A DNA stretch of 55,699 nucleotides, filler included, from Basidiobolus ranarum (GCA_040143965.1; 5 parts of 5 records of this genome joined end to end with filler, not necessarily neighbours in it); one strand, 5' to 3'. Shown: positions 1 through 14,349, counted from the whole stretch's first letter. The notes: generated by a model not told the origin, from the letters alone. Made by a program: numbers and translations.

Positions 1-177
1 AGCTCTACTGGAATTTCAAATTTCTTCATTTTATGTTATGTTTGACCTTCTTTGATTATCTTAAAGCACACCATATATAGGTGATGCTCAATAAAGTTAC
101 TAAAAACCTAACCCTAAGTCCACACCATCAGGTGCTTTTCATCCCCCCTAACCCCTAACCCAATGCTAATTTCAACA
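1..177 (-). mobile_element. 5' part of a variant copia-family LTR, truncated by the window start
   Basis: The minus strand begins TGTTGAAATTAGCATTG, the same terminus as the LTRs at 15922 and 18408, then diverges and contains GGTTAGGGGTTAGGG. No CpG. Confidence 0.5.
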
Positions 178-727
178 TGTAATGTGCCATTTGGTTGGCC
201 ACTCTGGATTCTAAATTATCTTTTCATCTTGGAAATGCCAATATTAGTAACATTATTTCTTGATCTACCATTGTGTGTATTGAAACTATTGATTCTACTT
301 AGCAACAAACTCATAGTGAGTGCATTGCTTCTCTTACTTATAAAGCCATGTATTTGATGAATCCAAGTGACTAGAAGTTGAAACAAACATAAAAAGGTCA
401 ACTAAACGCTCAAATATTTACATTGACCAACACTTTGTTTCCTTTCAGTATTTGATTAATTTTTAACATATATAACGTAATCATACAGCCACGGTTATTC
501 TGCTGTCTTGAGCCCCAAACTAACTTTGTTCAATTTATATTCAGGGTCTTTTTACCTACACTATCATAGCTGTCACATCCTACAGTAGATTTAACAAAAT
601 GGTTTTTATGTGGAAGGAATTTTGAATATATATGGAACTGTACACACTGTAAACTGCAATGCCATTGAAAACTAAAATGATGGACGCGATTCCAGAAGAC
701 TGTAGGTCCAGATATTTGCAACCCTAC

Positions 728-3700
728 TCACACTTTTCCCTGAAGAATCTTATCGATGCAGCTGTTGATATATGCTTTGTGATAGGACAGATCCGCGCCA
801 AAATTCGTTGATATTTGGTCACGCACTTGCTTTTTAGTAATAGTCATCAGATTGGCTGCCGAAAGGACTGTCCGAACCTCCTCTAATATCTCTTCCTCCG
901 AAAATGCTACTCTGGCACTGCTTCTACCACTTTCCCGATGATGATTAGGTTGACGGCTTAGCCCATAATCGTCATTAACTACAAATGGTACCTGAGAGGG
1001 GGATTCACCTGGTGGAATATTATCATATCCTAGAACAGACCTACTTCGACTACGGGTATTCCCGCCATATTCAGAGCCAGTAGATGAATAACCGCCACGT
1101 GAATTCCGCTCCTCAGATCTAAGATTCTTCGAGCTGCTTATTTGCGACATACGCACATTTGAGTACTGGCTGTATCCCCGTGGAGCAAGGCCGTGTCCTG
1201 GAGATAATGATCTGTCATTTGCCTCAGCAGAACGATAGCCATCAAAACCACGTAGATTGATATAGGCTTCATAGTTGTATTCTGGTAACTTGCTGCATCA
1301 GGATATTTCGATTTGTTAGAGTGGTGGCTTCGGTGACTTTCATAGGTCTTTGTGGTTCTCGAGGAGCCATGAGATTCACGCGAAGTTCGAGAGCTTACTT
1401 CCCAGATTTCTTGTTCGTAGTCTGTCCATTTCTTGAGGGGAATGCTTTGAGGATCAAATCTTTCTTCCGAAGCGACATGCCCCTTGGTTCCTTTTTCCCC
1501 GATTACAACACGTGTATTACCCCACGAGAAATCATCAAAGTGCCAGAATGCATATATTGGTAGAAACATACTGAATACCGGTAAAGAGAAGAGATAAACA
1601 ATCATCCAGCCGATATGCTGCCACTGTCGTTTCAAAATGAAGATAAATACTTGGAAGCCATATATACACGCCAGTAGAACGATGGATATAAGTGGGACTG
1701 TAGAGGGGTCGCTTACTACTTTGTATACCAGGTACCCCAAGTAGATGCACTGGATAGGCATAATGATTGTCGAGAGTAAATCCAAGAAAATCACAAAACG
1801 CATGGAGAAGCAGCAGAAGCCGCACAATCTTGGCAGGTACAACAGCTCGGACAGGTTATGGATTGTTGAATTAATCCAACGACGCCGTTGTGAGAGAAGA
1901 ACGGACCAGGTGTCAGGTGCATTGGTTCTGCATTTGGCATCCGGTGTGAACGTCATTTTATGATAATTGAAATGTTTCAACATCAAAGTAGTTAAATAGC
2001 GATCCTCTCCTAACGATAGTAGATTCTTCTTGTGCAAAGTATCGACTTTGTTTTCGGAGTAGTCCTCTAATATACAATTGGCAATCAATAACGGTTGATT
2101 TTTTATCGGAGTACGAAAGCGATACATGCAGAAACATCCAGGTAGGCAAGTCACAGAGCCAAATAAGGACTCGAACGCCTTGTTAAGATGATGAGATATG
2201 AAGTATTCATAAACTTGGATCATGGTAATGAAAGTGGCCTTTGCATTGATTAGCTCTGTTTCTCCACAGATGCCCATAATCTTGGTATCGTGTAGCATGC
2301 AAGATATCATGCGATTCAATGAATCAGGTAGAACAATAGTATCGGCATCCACCATTAACACATACTCGTAAAAGTATGGATCCACGCCAATGACATTTTT
2401 GATCTGGTGGTACATTTCCAACTCCAAGGGATTCATTTCTGTCTGGAAATGGATTCTATTGAAAAAGTTCATCAGCACTAGCTGTGAATCACGTTTACCA
2501 CGATTTCCAGGTCTCGAGTGCTCTGTTGCTTTGCCGACTTTGGCAATCACAATATATGGTACGATATGGCCTGAACATGCGTAGAGGCCTGTATAAATCT
2601 TGGCCATATTCAACTGCTGATTTCCCTCCCCTAAGGCATGGTAAACTAATGGCTCAGGTTCATTGCTACGATCAACCCCTAAAATATCCAAAACAATCTC
2701 TGGAGTTGGACGATCATTACCGCCACCGATAATCATTCCATCAGCCACAATGAATAGAAGCTTTCGCTTGTCGTCATATTTGAGGGCGGCCAGTGAATCG
2801 AGTGTACCCCGAAGCGATTCTTCTCCCTCAGTATAGCAAGGAATTTGAATCACGACAAATTTGTCATGATCCTCAGGCTCGCGACGAGAACCTAATTGCA
2901 AGGCTGCTAAGAATTTGAAGAACAGGATAGAGCCCAAGAAAATAGAGGAGGCAAGGATAATATAATTCGAGAATTTGCATTGTGCGGAGTTACGTGTATC
3001 AAGCACTCCAACATAAAAGATGTTTTGTAGGCACACCGACATTCGTAATTTCAAAGCTGGGTTATCGGAATACAGACGGTTGAAACGAGCAGTAAGATCT
3101 TCCCCCTTGTTGTTGGTAAACAGCGATACTAAGGAAGGATCCATAAACTCCAGATCCACCTTCCCAGATGGAACAGTATTTGGTGGATAAGTAGCATAAA
3201 CCTGTCCACGACTGTAAGAATCCAAATCATACACCATGTTATTGATTATTCCCCAAGCATAGTTTAACCTCTTTCCTCCATCCTTGATCGCCTCAGGGCC
3301 CCAAGCCACTTGGCCCTTTAGGTTCTTAATTCTTAGGTAGGCCATGATGCGATCTTGATAGAAATTGGACATATCATTGCCTAGTTTTGCATAACGGTAA
3401 TCATGATAGCCAGCATTCAAGTCTGTATAGTTTTGAAGTACTATAGCAGGATTGATACCGCCTTCTGTGAACCCGTCACAAAGACTACTCACTTGGATGG
3501 GAAAGAGATCTGACACATCTTTTCCAGCATATTTTTTGACTAACTCCTCATTACTCGCTTGTTTATGGACGAAGTCCTTGACGGTGAATACTTCGCCTCG
3601 TATGGAGACGTATGGTTTGTCTTTGGTATCGTACGTCCCCACCTCATCTTTTGAGAAAACATATTGTCTCGGACAAATCAGTTCTCCAAAAAATATCAAG

Positions 3701-6436
3701 AAGAACAGGACAAATAAGCACATGATCGAAATAAGAATGCAGAGGGTGGTTTTTTCCCTCCAGGCTATTTGAATATCTGGTCTTGTCATTCTGCCACATG
3801 TTCGTAGAGCGCAGGTAGGTATCCACCAGGTCAATCCCCAAGTACAACATAGCCATTTCTTACGCTGGGCTGATAGTGGAACCTTCTCCTCATCTTCCGG
3901 CATTTGATTCAGCCCATGTAGTCGTTTCCCCTTATGTCTATGACTTCCTTTAGATACCGATAAAAGCTCAGACTCCGCTACAGAATCAGTTTCAGCGTTG
4001 TCGAAGTAGTCATCATCGCTATAGAACGAAGTAATATCATTCATACTAATATTAGAACGAGTGTCTATTATTGATTGCGATTTGGGGTAAACTGGTGGCA
4101 AACTAGAAGTTACATGTCTAGTATGATCTTCTCGAAGCCCGTTGAATCCCCTGTTAACGGCTCCGGCATTCTTTTTCTCTTCTGTACTTCTTAAATTATT
4201 CTCAAGGTTACGCCAGGCTCTGTAGCCGAGATAAACCTTGGTTGACCCAATGGCCATGTCTGATGCTCTGTATCCTAATATTGTCGAAGCAACTTGGCAT
4301 TTAGTTTTTGGATTACGGGACTGATCCACGTTCATAGATTCAACAATACTGCTGTATCGTTCTAAGAATCCCTCGTGTGTCATATTAGAAGTGTACTCCA
4401 CTCGGTAGGCCTTCGCCATTTCCGCAAGTCCCATGTATCGTACTTGTTGGCGAACCTTTTTGATGTCAATATCTTGCGAAAGCCAATCTTCGTTAATTCG
4501 AATACACATAACGAACCATGGTATAGATTCTTCAATGGTTTCGATTAAATCGCTCATTGCTTTTTTAAATTGAGTGAGAATACCAGTGATCCCGGAGTTT
4601 TCTTTCTCCTCCTTCTTTGGTCGACGAGTGGATGGTTTCCTCACTGGGGCAGCGGGTTGTTGAGCAGTAATGATGGCTTTCTCATTACGTGGATGGATTC
4701 CATAAGCAACGGTCTTCTCACTAAAGAGGCCAGCTATGAAAGAATTAGAAGTTGAAGAGACATCTGCACCTCCACGGAAAAGTCCAACAAATTCTGTCCC
4801 AATGGTTTCATTGTTTTTCTCAACGAAGTTGGTTATCTGATAAGAAACAGATCCAGCATAATGTTGTATAGCAAAGTGCGATATAGAGTTTTGCGGTAGT
4901 GTTTGATAATTTGCATGCGCTGATTGATGTTTAGAAAAGGAATTCAATAAATCCTCATCCGTCAGCTTGACTGAAGATCCATTAACTTGATTTTCCATTA
5001 GAGCAATGAGTCCGATGTTTGGCTTCACCAATAGCTCGACACAGAGAGAGTTATCAAAGAATGGTGTTTCGGCCCAATCTACTCCCTGCTCGAGGTATTC
5101 CTCCAACTTGACCTCAAATATTTGATGATTGATGAAGTGGTGGAAGCGCTCATTAGCGAAGTTTACGCAAAATGAGTCGAAAGAGTTGACTTCATGACTT
5201 TGAAATCCTTGCATATCAACAAATCCTATGAAATTAGCCTGAGTCTCTGCATGCAATTTGGTGTTTATAAATTCGACAATCCAGCTGAAAAGTAACGAAT
5301 ACAAGGCTTTTGACAAGTCATTTTTTTGGTATTCCGCCTGCTGTGCATTTAAGAATACTGTACAGATCTCTTTTCGTATGACTTGCGACTTGTAAGTTAG
5401 AACATTTTCTAAAGCAGCTGAATCAACTCCTAGTAGATTAGCAGTAACCTCTAACGTTTCTAAGTTTTTAACACTTGCTGCTTCGCTGGCTCTATGAGGA
5501 TGGTCCATAAAGTTGATGTTTCCCAAGTGAAGGATACCTGCAAGCAGTCGAAATATCTGATTCTGGTACTTCCTATTGAGGCCAAGAGACTTCAAGGCAT
5601 CACGAAGCTCGTTCAGCTCAGATTTTGCAGACTCGGTATCTCCCGAGTTACTCCTCAAGTAGTTGAAATGCAGGCTCTCCAATTGAAGTTGCCTCCTTTC
5701 ATCTTCGTTGATACCACCGACGAGGTAACGAAAAACATGGAAGTTTTCTTCATTCTGTGAGGTACATGCGACTCTAGACTTTTCTAATAGATAGTCCAAT
5801 ATCTTCGCACCGATAACTCGACCTTTTTCGCTGAACTGTATCTCGGTATAATTACTGAATCGAGATGAATCGGGATTATAAATGGTTTTTGCGTTACCAA
5901 ACGCATTCAAGATTGAATATGCATCCATGACTTGCTTCATCAGATGTGTTTCCTTCTTTGACGCTGCACGGAGTGTACTGAGCATATTCAACGCGTGCTG
6001 CTTAGTTAACGACTTACCACTGGCCGTTTCACCACTATTTACGTGTAGTTTTAGATTGTTAGAGGTCAAACCACAGAGCATCAAACGTTAATAAAAATTT
6101 TCATTACCTAAAGATCAACACCTGATCATGGCCAGTTCTTCGCATTTCAAGATACGCATTGGACATCATCTGAAATATTTGAGGAGGCAAATGGGCATGG
6201 TGGTCTGTAGTGTCTCTGTATTCAGCCAAATAGTCACTTATTGCAAGATCTCTTGAGGATTCTGATGTCTTGCGCGGATTAACAGCCACTAAAATACGAG
6301 CACCTATCCTAGTATACATCATATTCGACTGATAACGATCCTTCAAAATAGACACAATATCATCCTCGCTTAATGATGCAAGCTGCGTTAAATCATGTTG
6401 TTCGGCAGGACCATCAAGACCCTTTTGGTAGCTCAT
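728..6436 (-). CDS. Class V chitin synthase (myosin motor-like, cyt-b5-like, chitin synthase and DEK-C domains), with a frame break near 1288
   Basis: Exon 1 is 6436-6108. A GT-AG intron at 6107-6035 restores FSGETASGKS (P-loop). Also NPDSSRFS, PCYTE, GNRGKRDSQ, VDADT, CLPGCF, LGEDRYL and QRRRW. The C-terminal DEK-C (LMTITKKQVRDQISTNFGADL) lies in a different frame (728-1288). Confidence 0.95.
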
Positions 6437-9400
6437 TGGGATGAGTCAGAGGAGAATGTGTAATAAAGAATTTTGTGAAGATGAAAGGACTTAATAGTAG
6501 GATGCACGTAAAAAGAAATGAGCAAACTACACATTTTAAATGAGTCTAGATCCCATGAGTACCGCCATAATCAATTGTAAATGACAACTATAGGGGTTGG
6601 AAATAGTGGGGTGGTCACATATACATGGCATAAGCCTAATGATCTGTGTATTGTGAACGGTACAATCGCAATGGGCAATAAAGGGTGTAGGTCAAAAAAG
6701 GAGTAGAATTGGAACCTCAAGTAAAGGGAATGTTCTTTATCGCAGTGAGAATGGAACACGATCATGTACTCATGTGAGAAAAGTTGCATACCAAAGTGAT
6801 AACCAGATGAAGTGAGACGGAAATGGATAGGCACTCTTTGTAATTTGATCATAAGCTACAGCAGACACCAGGTGTAACTACTTGGGCGCTGATTCCAACT
6901 ACTTTCCAACCTGATACTTTCACCCAAGCATATTACACAGAATCTATCTATAAGATATCGGGATTGTGGAACTTGGTTCTATTTTGAACACGAATACAGA
7001 CTAAAATTAGAAACAAATGAGCAACTTTCCTAGTTCTTTGGTAGTTTGTTTATAGAGCTACTCTAACTCAGTTTCAGGGAAGATACTTGTTTATGTGGCG
7101 GATGTTGGCGAGAAATTAAGGCACCAAAAAGACAAGAAGCCCCAAAGCAATTTAAAAACTGGTAAGCTAATCTTGACATGGAAGCGTCAGCTATGGATCA
7201 TCTCATAACCGTGGATTAAACCACTGCAATAATCCGACTGTGGCACCAGTATAGTGACCATCTTTACTACCAACCGTTTCATGTAGATCACTGCTCCCAG
7301 TTATCCCAGAACATTACTTTATAGCATCGATTTTCTGGATAATAGAACGTATGTACATCAGGGCAAGTATTTGGAGAAACCGAAACATCTGTCAGCGCAA
7401 GTGCATGGTATTGCATGGAATTAATATTGAAAAATTAATGAAACTATAGCAACGATAGTTGCGTTGCAACTAAACCATGTTGTCAAGATTAATACGATCG
7501 TACTGCACTATGTAGACACTCCATTAGTCAAATGTTGTCTATTGAGCTAATGTGTAGAAGGTTTTGAGATTCTTTTTACTCTAGATTGGTTCATGCTTTG
7601 GGCCCTGGACGAACTCATTATTTAGTTTTTTCTTTTCTTTGCATCCGCTTAGACCTGAATGAGAGCCCAGGACTGCCCTCGTCTCTACACTATTATTCCA
7701 ACACTGCTCAAAAAACATGCAGCTCAAAGTGCTTTAACTAAAGCCCACTATGTTTCAACTTTCACCATGCTTGTCGATAGAGCTTTTTCTGTAGTTTGTA
7801 TATATTAGTTTGCACTGAATGAACGAAGATAGAAGCATGCCATGTCATCGAAATTCTGTATACATTCAAGTCCGACTCGTGTGAATTACATTATTTCATC
7901 AAAGTCGATTCGATCCAGACTCAATCTTGGATTGAAGTCCCCTGTTAACAAACAATAGGAGTTAGTTAATGAGATCATCACATCTTCACTCCCGTTCAAG
8001 TTAATATTCAAACCTGTTTATACGGTGCGGTTTTAGGTTTACTGCTATTCGATACTATAATGGTTGATTTATTTTTAGCTGTTCCGAAGGTTATTTCTTG
8101 CCTGTGTCGTACACCATCTGTAGAATGGTAGCGTAGTTTTGGTAACTAATAAGATTAGCATGAGGAACGTAAGACACCCATCACTAGTTAGGAAATCGAG
8201 ACGAAGTGATTGGATGAGATCCGCCCAACCCAACATTCGACTTTGAAATTGTATTTTTTCTAGGAGAGCTTTAACACCCTGAGTACATGCTTGTGTCTAT
8301 CCTGAACCATATGCAGGGAAATAACGAACATTGATAGCAAGGGATTGTGACAGTATTTAATGTCAACTCATTAACAGTCTGACCTCTGACGTTTGTGCCA
8401 TCAGTGCGTGATGTCATTCCTATATTTCTACGATATGAGATATGTCTGCCTATAACTCATATTGAGTGCGTTCAAGAGTTCTATTTTGCTGTATAATAAC
8501 GAAGAGTATCATTGAGATTGTATGTTAGCAACCATGGAACTACTCTTGAGATATGTAGGCTTATATCTCTCCTTTCATTGGTATATACTTCCCATATTCC
8601 GTCATGCAATCACGTTAAGGCATCGATGTGAGGACCAGTTTTTTGCTGGACTGTATATTGATATGTAATTCGGCCGTTCTACCCCACCGACTGTCACAAC
8701 AATGACTGGAGCAAGGAGCAAATGTCTTCAATATAGTTTCTACCTTTTTGGCATTAGCAACTCTGGTAGCTGACTATGAAGTGGCTGATGCAGAGCACAT
8801 TACACCAGAGTCAAAAATACTCCAATACTCAGTGGAAGAGTATATCAATCAAGGTGATGTTAAGAAATAGAATCTGTAAAGGCAGATCACTTTCTGTTAT
8901 TGCTATTGAAAGCTTCAAGTGTACAAAGAAATAACTGAACCTTAGCTAAGAAGACCATGATCTTCACTCCTACCAACTACCTCATTTTCTTGATCTATCT
9001 TTTCTCATTCTGCACCACTGCTATGTAATCACAATCCCTAAAAAAGAGGAGCCAGGAAAATCACATTTCCATGGAGTCAGCACTACTGGCCCCTACATGT
9101 CTCACTTAATACAATAGGCTGAGAATTCCAAGTTTAATCAACTCTTGTTGAATGATTTTTACTAACGAGCCATGCATGTATTGACGAGATTACTAGAGAA
9201 TGTACTTTATAGAGATTTGAATGGTTAGTCAAGAAACCCGAGATTGATTTAACGTTAACACAAACCGCAATCAAGTACAGCCAATGCGGTATCTAAGGCA
9301 TTTAAAACCTAATCTTAACTTCTAACCCCAAATGCAACCATGTTGTGCAAGTATAATTAACTCTTTGCCTTCTCCAAAAGAAACCAATTTATCCTGTGTT

Positions 9401-10119
9401 TCGGATACAATTCCATCATTCGGGATACACCACAAGAGTTTGTTAGCTTAAGGTCCACCCTGGGATTTCTTTCGGCAGGGGGAACTACTCAAAGCACATA
9501 AGACGTGCTACAGCTCGTACAGAATATTGCTAACAGTCGTCAATCATGAGGAACTGGACTTCAATAATCCTTTTCAGTCGTCATCAAAACAAATCTCGGC
9601 TACGAATTGATGATCCAAGGAATATGAAAAAGGCTTGCATCACTTTTCAAGTTATGGCACCATTTTCAAAAACGAGAAAATCAGCTACATCTCCAATTGT
9701 AAAATGAGGATGACTTCATCCTATCCATGGATTTATGATGCTTTATTTTAAGCAATGTGTATCCCTCGGAGCTGATGAATTTCCTCAACAAATGACGACG
9801 ATCCTACTCCCCTTCAATCATGCTAACCACCGATACAAAAGTAGCGCAAGTAATGATCCATGCGGGCAAATTTATGTTGCAGTACAACCATGATCACGTG
9901 AATTCGGTTTTCGGAATAGCAATAAACCACTTAGGTTTGAGAATTAGCACCGTAGATTTAATTGGTTTAAAAGTGAAGGTTTTGCAGATATAACTGATAT
10001 ATCAACACCTATAAAGTGAATACGAATCGACAACAGATGCGATCGTTTGATTGCAGTGCTTAGTCCATTCTTCCTTTTCTCTGGGTAACATTGTCTGTTG
10101 GCTAGTTTGACAGTATCTG

Positions 10120-10652
10120 ATGACCACCCCCAGCATCGCTCGAGAAACTGATCCACTACTTCTACCACGCACCCAGAGCCGGAGTTGGCTCTGTGAATCC
10201 CTCCGCTTGGAAAGCCTACTCATCGTTAACAACGGGAGTACAGCTAGAGATCAACTAGGTACTTGAAATTCTGATAATCACGACTTTCTTGCTAGCATTT
10301 ATCCAATCCACATGTAGGATACGAGCGTACATTCCTAGCATGGATACGCTTCGCAATAGTTTTAGTTAGCTTTGGAGCGTCGATTCTATATCGCTCTGAA
10401 AAAGGATTCCTTCATTTAATCTCACCCTTTGGCTATGAGCTGTCGTTCCTTGTATCAGTCTTTTATTTCATCATTGGTGTGGTAACGATCATTATGGCCC
10501 TTACTAGCTACCTTCGCCATCAATATATCCATTCTACTTCTAGAGCGCCTATACAGTCTGGCCAATCAATGAACATACTATTTATACTGGTAGCCATATT
10601 GACGGTGGTTGTTACCGTTGTTGTACTGTTTTACGATTCAGCTTCAGAATGA
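10120..10652 (+). CDS. DUF202/YidH-family small membrane protein, 157 aa, 2 exons (not in the ORF track)
   Basis: Exon 10120-10258, intron GTACTT..TAG 10259-10317, exon 10318-10652. The spliced product reads NNGSTARDQLGYERTFLAWIRFAIVLVSFG, matching the ARDHLANERTFLAW signature, and has three hydrophobic segments. Confidence 0.88.
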
Positions 10653-10957
10653 CCAGAAGATGGCGAATGATGAAGTTGGATGCATATCATCTGTGTATAT
10701 ATGTGATGAATTCTCCTATCTTTCGGATTTACCACATGCAATAAATCCCCAATCTTAAGATGAGTGAAATTACTCCAAATACAAATTTGGGCATTTTTAC
10801 TGCATGTTCTCGAAATTTATTCGGCATATTATATGTCGCACTGGGTCTCAATACATGTGGTTAACCCAGCCAGGATGGGCTCTAATAGAAGGAAATCAGA
10901 GCTATTTGAAGATTGATTAAGGGAAGTTTAAATTTCCCTAGCCTTGACTACTGGTGT

Positions 10958-11079
10958 TGTTGAAGTTAGCATTGCCTAAACACCTATATAGTCATATATA
11001 GCTTAGTATTTAGTTATCCTATATTGAACTAAGATATTACCCATTATTTGATATTGGAATTTACTTAGAAGTTCTCAGA
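10958..11079 (+). mobile_element. Copia-family LTR, 5' part, truncated at the contig end
   Basis: TGTTGAAGTTAGCATTGCCTAAACACCTATATAGTCATATATAGCTTAG aligns with the LTRs at 15922-16270 and 18088-18408. Confidence 0.85.
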
Positions 11080-11179
11080 NNNNNNNNNNNNNNNNNNNNN
11101 NNNNNNNNNNNNNNNNNNNNNNNTTAATTAATTAANNNNNNNNNNNNNNNNNNNNNNNNNNNNNNNNNNNNNNNNNNNN
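11080..11179. other. Artificial contig linker
   Basis: 44 N + TTAATTAATTAA (stops in all six frames) + 44 N. Confidence 0.98.
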
Positions 11180-12627
11180 TTCCGTCACCAGCGCAATGAC
11201 CACCGCATCGTCACTAAATAAATACCCCCACTGATTTCTGAATGAGAACCATATTATGGAATTGAATGAACCAAATAAGAGTGCTAAGATTAAGGAGCAA
11301 TTTGCTGCTAATTGGGCATGATTGGGTCGATTAGCCCCTAGAAGATTCCCGACTCGGTTGCTGGCTGCGATACTGATTCCTATATTAGAAGCACTCAATA
11401 CCAGAGCTAGCAAGCCACGCCACCAGTACTAGTTGAATCACTTACCGACAGGAACGGTGAAAAACAATGAGCAACTAGTTAGAACAATGGACTGTGCTGC
11501 CAATGCAATGGTCCCGAAGTATGCTGCTGCTAAACTGGACACTTGAAACGCCCACCAATCGCAACAGATCATAATGGTGCCCGGTAATGCTTAAAGTCAA
11601 GTAGAACAGATTAATACCAATTTTGTATCCAGGAGTCAAGAAAAGATTCACCAAGTTTTAAAAATGGCCACCATCCTTGCAATCCTTTTTTGCTCCAACC
11701 ACCCCATGCGTCTCCACCGGCTACATACTTGATATACAGTACTAACATGCTCAGCATCATGACATATGAACAAGAAGTTGCTATTGGAGCTCCGATGAAA
11801 CCGAGTTGAAATGGTTCTCTCCAGACAAATATGTAATTTGTCAGCATGTTAATTGGACTGACGATTAATAGCATATAGGTACTGGCATGCATGATACCTT
11901 TACATTGTAAGGTTAGTAGAGTTCGACTGGTTTTTAATTGAAATTGGTACCTTGTGCTTGTAGATACCTTTGGAGACATTCAAAGCAAATGTATGGGAAT
12001 GCTCCTGGTAGTAGATATTTTAAGAATTGCCCCGTGAGAGTAGCCACCTCTGGATCTTGTCTCAACCAGAGCAATAGATACTCAGCGTTCCACCATATGC
12101 ACGAGATTGGTAGAAAGATAACCCCCATGATTCCAATAGCTCTTTGAAAATATATACCCAGTGCATGAGGGTCTTCGGAGCCGGTGTACGCTTGACTTCC
12201 CAGTGTATCAAGTGCCGTTGCGATACCAATACAAACTGACCCACAAGTAACTGAGGCAAACATATTTGCTAAAGCAGCGGCGGCAAGTTCTACAAAATCA
12301 AATATCAGGATCTTTTCAACAGGTAGCAATTTGTCAAGCCAGCATACCATTGGCACCCTACAGTGTATATTACGTTAGCCCAAGGAGTAGGGAACTATGT
12401 TGCAAAATATTCATACTTACCAAATGACCAAGGGAGAATATACTTGCTAACTGAATGGAATTTTGGAGTAAATACGTAAGAACTACTGGAGTAGCCGATT
12501 TAGCCAGAATATGGAATTCAGGCCACCAAACTTTAGAGCCTGGAAACCTATCGAGATCATCGGTTATGGTTTTAGGTAGGAGAGTTGTGTGCTCACTGGC
12601 AATTTTAACTCGATTTATATTTGTCAT
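11180..12627 (-). CDS. MATE-family efflux transporter, multi-exon, 3' end truncated by the contig edge
   Basis: SLGHL, ELAAAALANMFA, GIATALDTLGSQAYTG, RYLQAQG, GFIGAPIATS and RVGNLLGANRP motifs, across GT-AG introns. Confidence 0.92.
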
Positions 12628-14349
12628 TGCTCAGTGAATTATAGGACAAGTAGAGTTTCGATCTACTTTCATGCACTCAGTTAGAGGAAACTTAATGGAA
12701 TTTGGTGGAGAAATGCTCACCATTCAAGCCTCTTATATAGAATTATAACTAATATGCCCCTTCATCAATCACTGAAACTATAAGCGCGACCTGAATCATT
12801 CCTTAATTGTTATGAAACCTTTCCCTTGCTTCTGATCATAACGCTAAGCTTGATCATGACCCCAAACAAACTGCTCTCTTGCTTATTTATTATGATCGAC
12901 ATACGCTACAGTGCCGATGAACATAGAAATACATTGATTATGTATAGCATTACCTTCAGTGAACATCAATTAGTAACTATAAATAGAAGGATTCATTCTG
13001 CAAAAACTGTATTGAGCGGAGTTGTATGACTTATCTTCACATTTTATTCGCGACTTGATAATTCGTAGAATAGTGCATTCTCTACACTGAAATTTCGGCG
13101 AGTGAATCCTTTGTAAATCTTATATTGTTAGGGAATCAGTCGCCTCAGGTCCTCTGTTGGGTGTGTATATCGTGGGAAGAAGAAAACCAACAGAATGATT
13201 GGTGATTAGCGTCACAACGCTCCAATGAGCCGTAGGGGATATCAAACGAACACTTTTGTAACTGCAGCAGATATGGTGCAAAATTAAAAGGCAAATACGC
13301 CCAAAGTGAAATCAGTTCTCTTTTGATCCCACATGCATCCTGAACCTCACATCTTCAAGTGATAAGCATGGAGTATAATATAAATACGTAGAACGGAGAG
13401 GTACCTAAACTGGAATGAATTCATAAGCTACCAAACAGTCACTAGCTACTACGTTTGATTAGATTCAAAATCTTGTGATGAATACTTGTATGACCAATGT
13501 TAAAGCAATCTGAAGAGCTATGCAGCTAGCATTCACCTTCACCATGCTAATTTCGCAGTGAATCTTTCTTGGCATTTTGTGAACCAATCTGTATTCAAGA
13601 TTGGAGTGACAGAGGTACTCCCCTTCTCGACCATATCAATGTACCTCTCTCCTGTTTAGCTTGATTGAAGTGGTACAAAAATCACAATATTAGAAGCCTT
13701 ACTGCAACTAAACTTAGCCGTAGTGGCGGTGCGATTGAGAAAACCCATTAATTCCGAAAGCAGGGGAGCTTCTCAATATCTGGCTCACTCTCAAAGTAAA
13801 GCGAGGTGACTAAGGAATTTTCTATTACTTTTGGTAGATATCATACCTTCATGATATTTGACGAATGGCAAGTGATATTGTGATATTAAAAGAAAGGAGA
13901 TGATCAAAATCCTATTCCAGATCACGCTTGCTACTTAATAGATGCTCTTTCCTAAGATCCACTTTATATTAGTCTAAGTATGCCTTGAATTCGGATTTTC
14001 TACCGACCACTTGTTCGGTAATCCAACCTACATTTATACATATTAAGTAACAAAAGCCAGGTTAGGCCTGATTGGATTTATTTCGTCATATTAGATCAGG
14101 CATGTAAAATATTTTACCTCTGCAAAGTGTATCAACTGGGTGCAATAGTGCGCTGCATACTCCTGCTTAACAGTACTCATAATGGAATATATTTTTGTAG
14201 GCACACTAAACAATTTCGCTAATTGCAAGCCCCGTCAAGGAGTAATACGTAGTGTCTGAGGTCTCTAGCTCTTATTAAGTATAATGGGCAGATACTTATA
14301 AGAAATAGTTCAAAATTTACATTCTCACTATTGCTTTCATATTCGGAGT

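Noticed and set aside
178-400. Possible decayed copia protease region interrupted by the LTR at 177
   Set aside because: CpG-free and suggestive, but no intact DSG motif could be read, so it is too degraded to call.
7890-8240. Possible small spliced minus-strand gene (intron-like 8013-7942 with CTAAC)
   Set aside because: No consistent frame with start, stop and homology could be assembled.
13720-13815. Possible multi-stem RNA structure (TTGAGAA/TTCTCAA pair)
   Set aside because: Stems are short and there are no RNase P/MRP, snRNA or ribozyme motifs.
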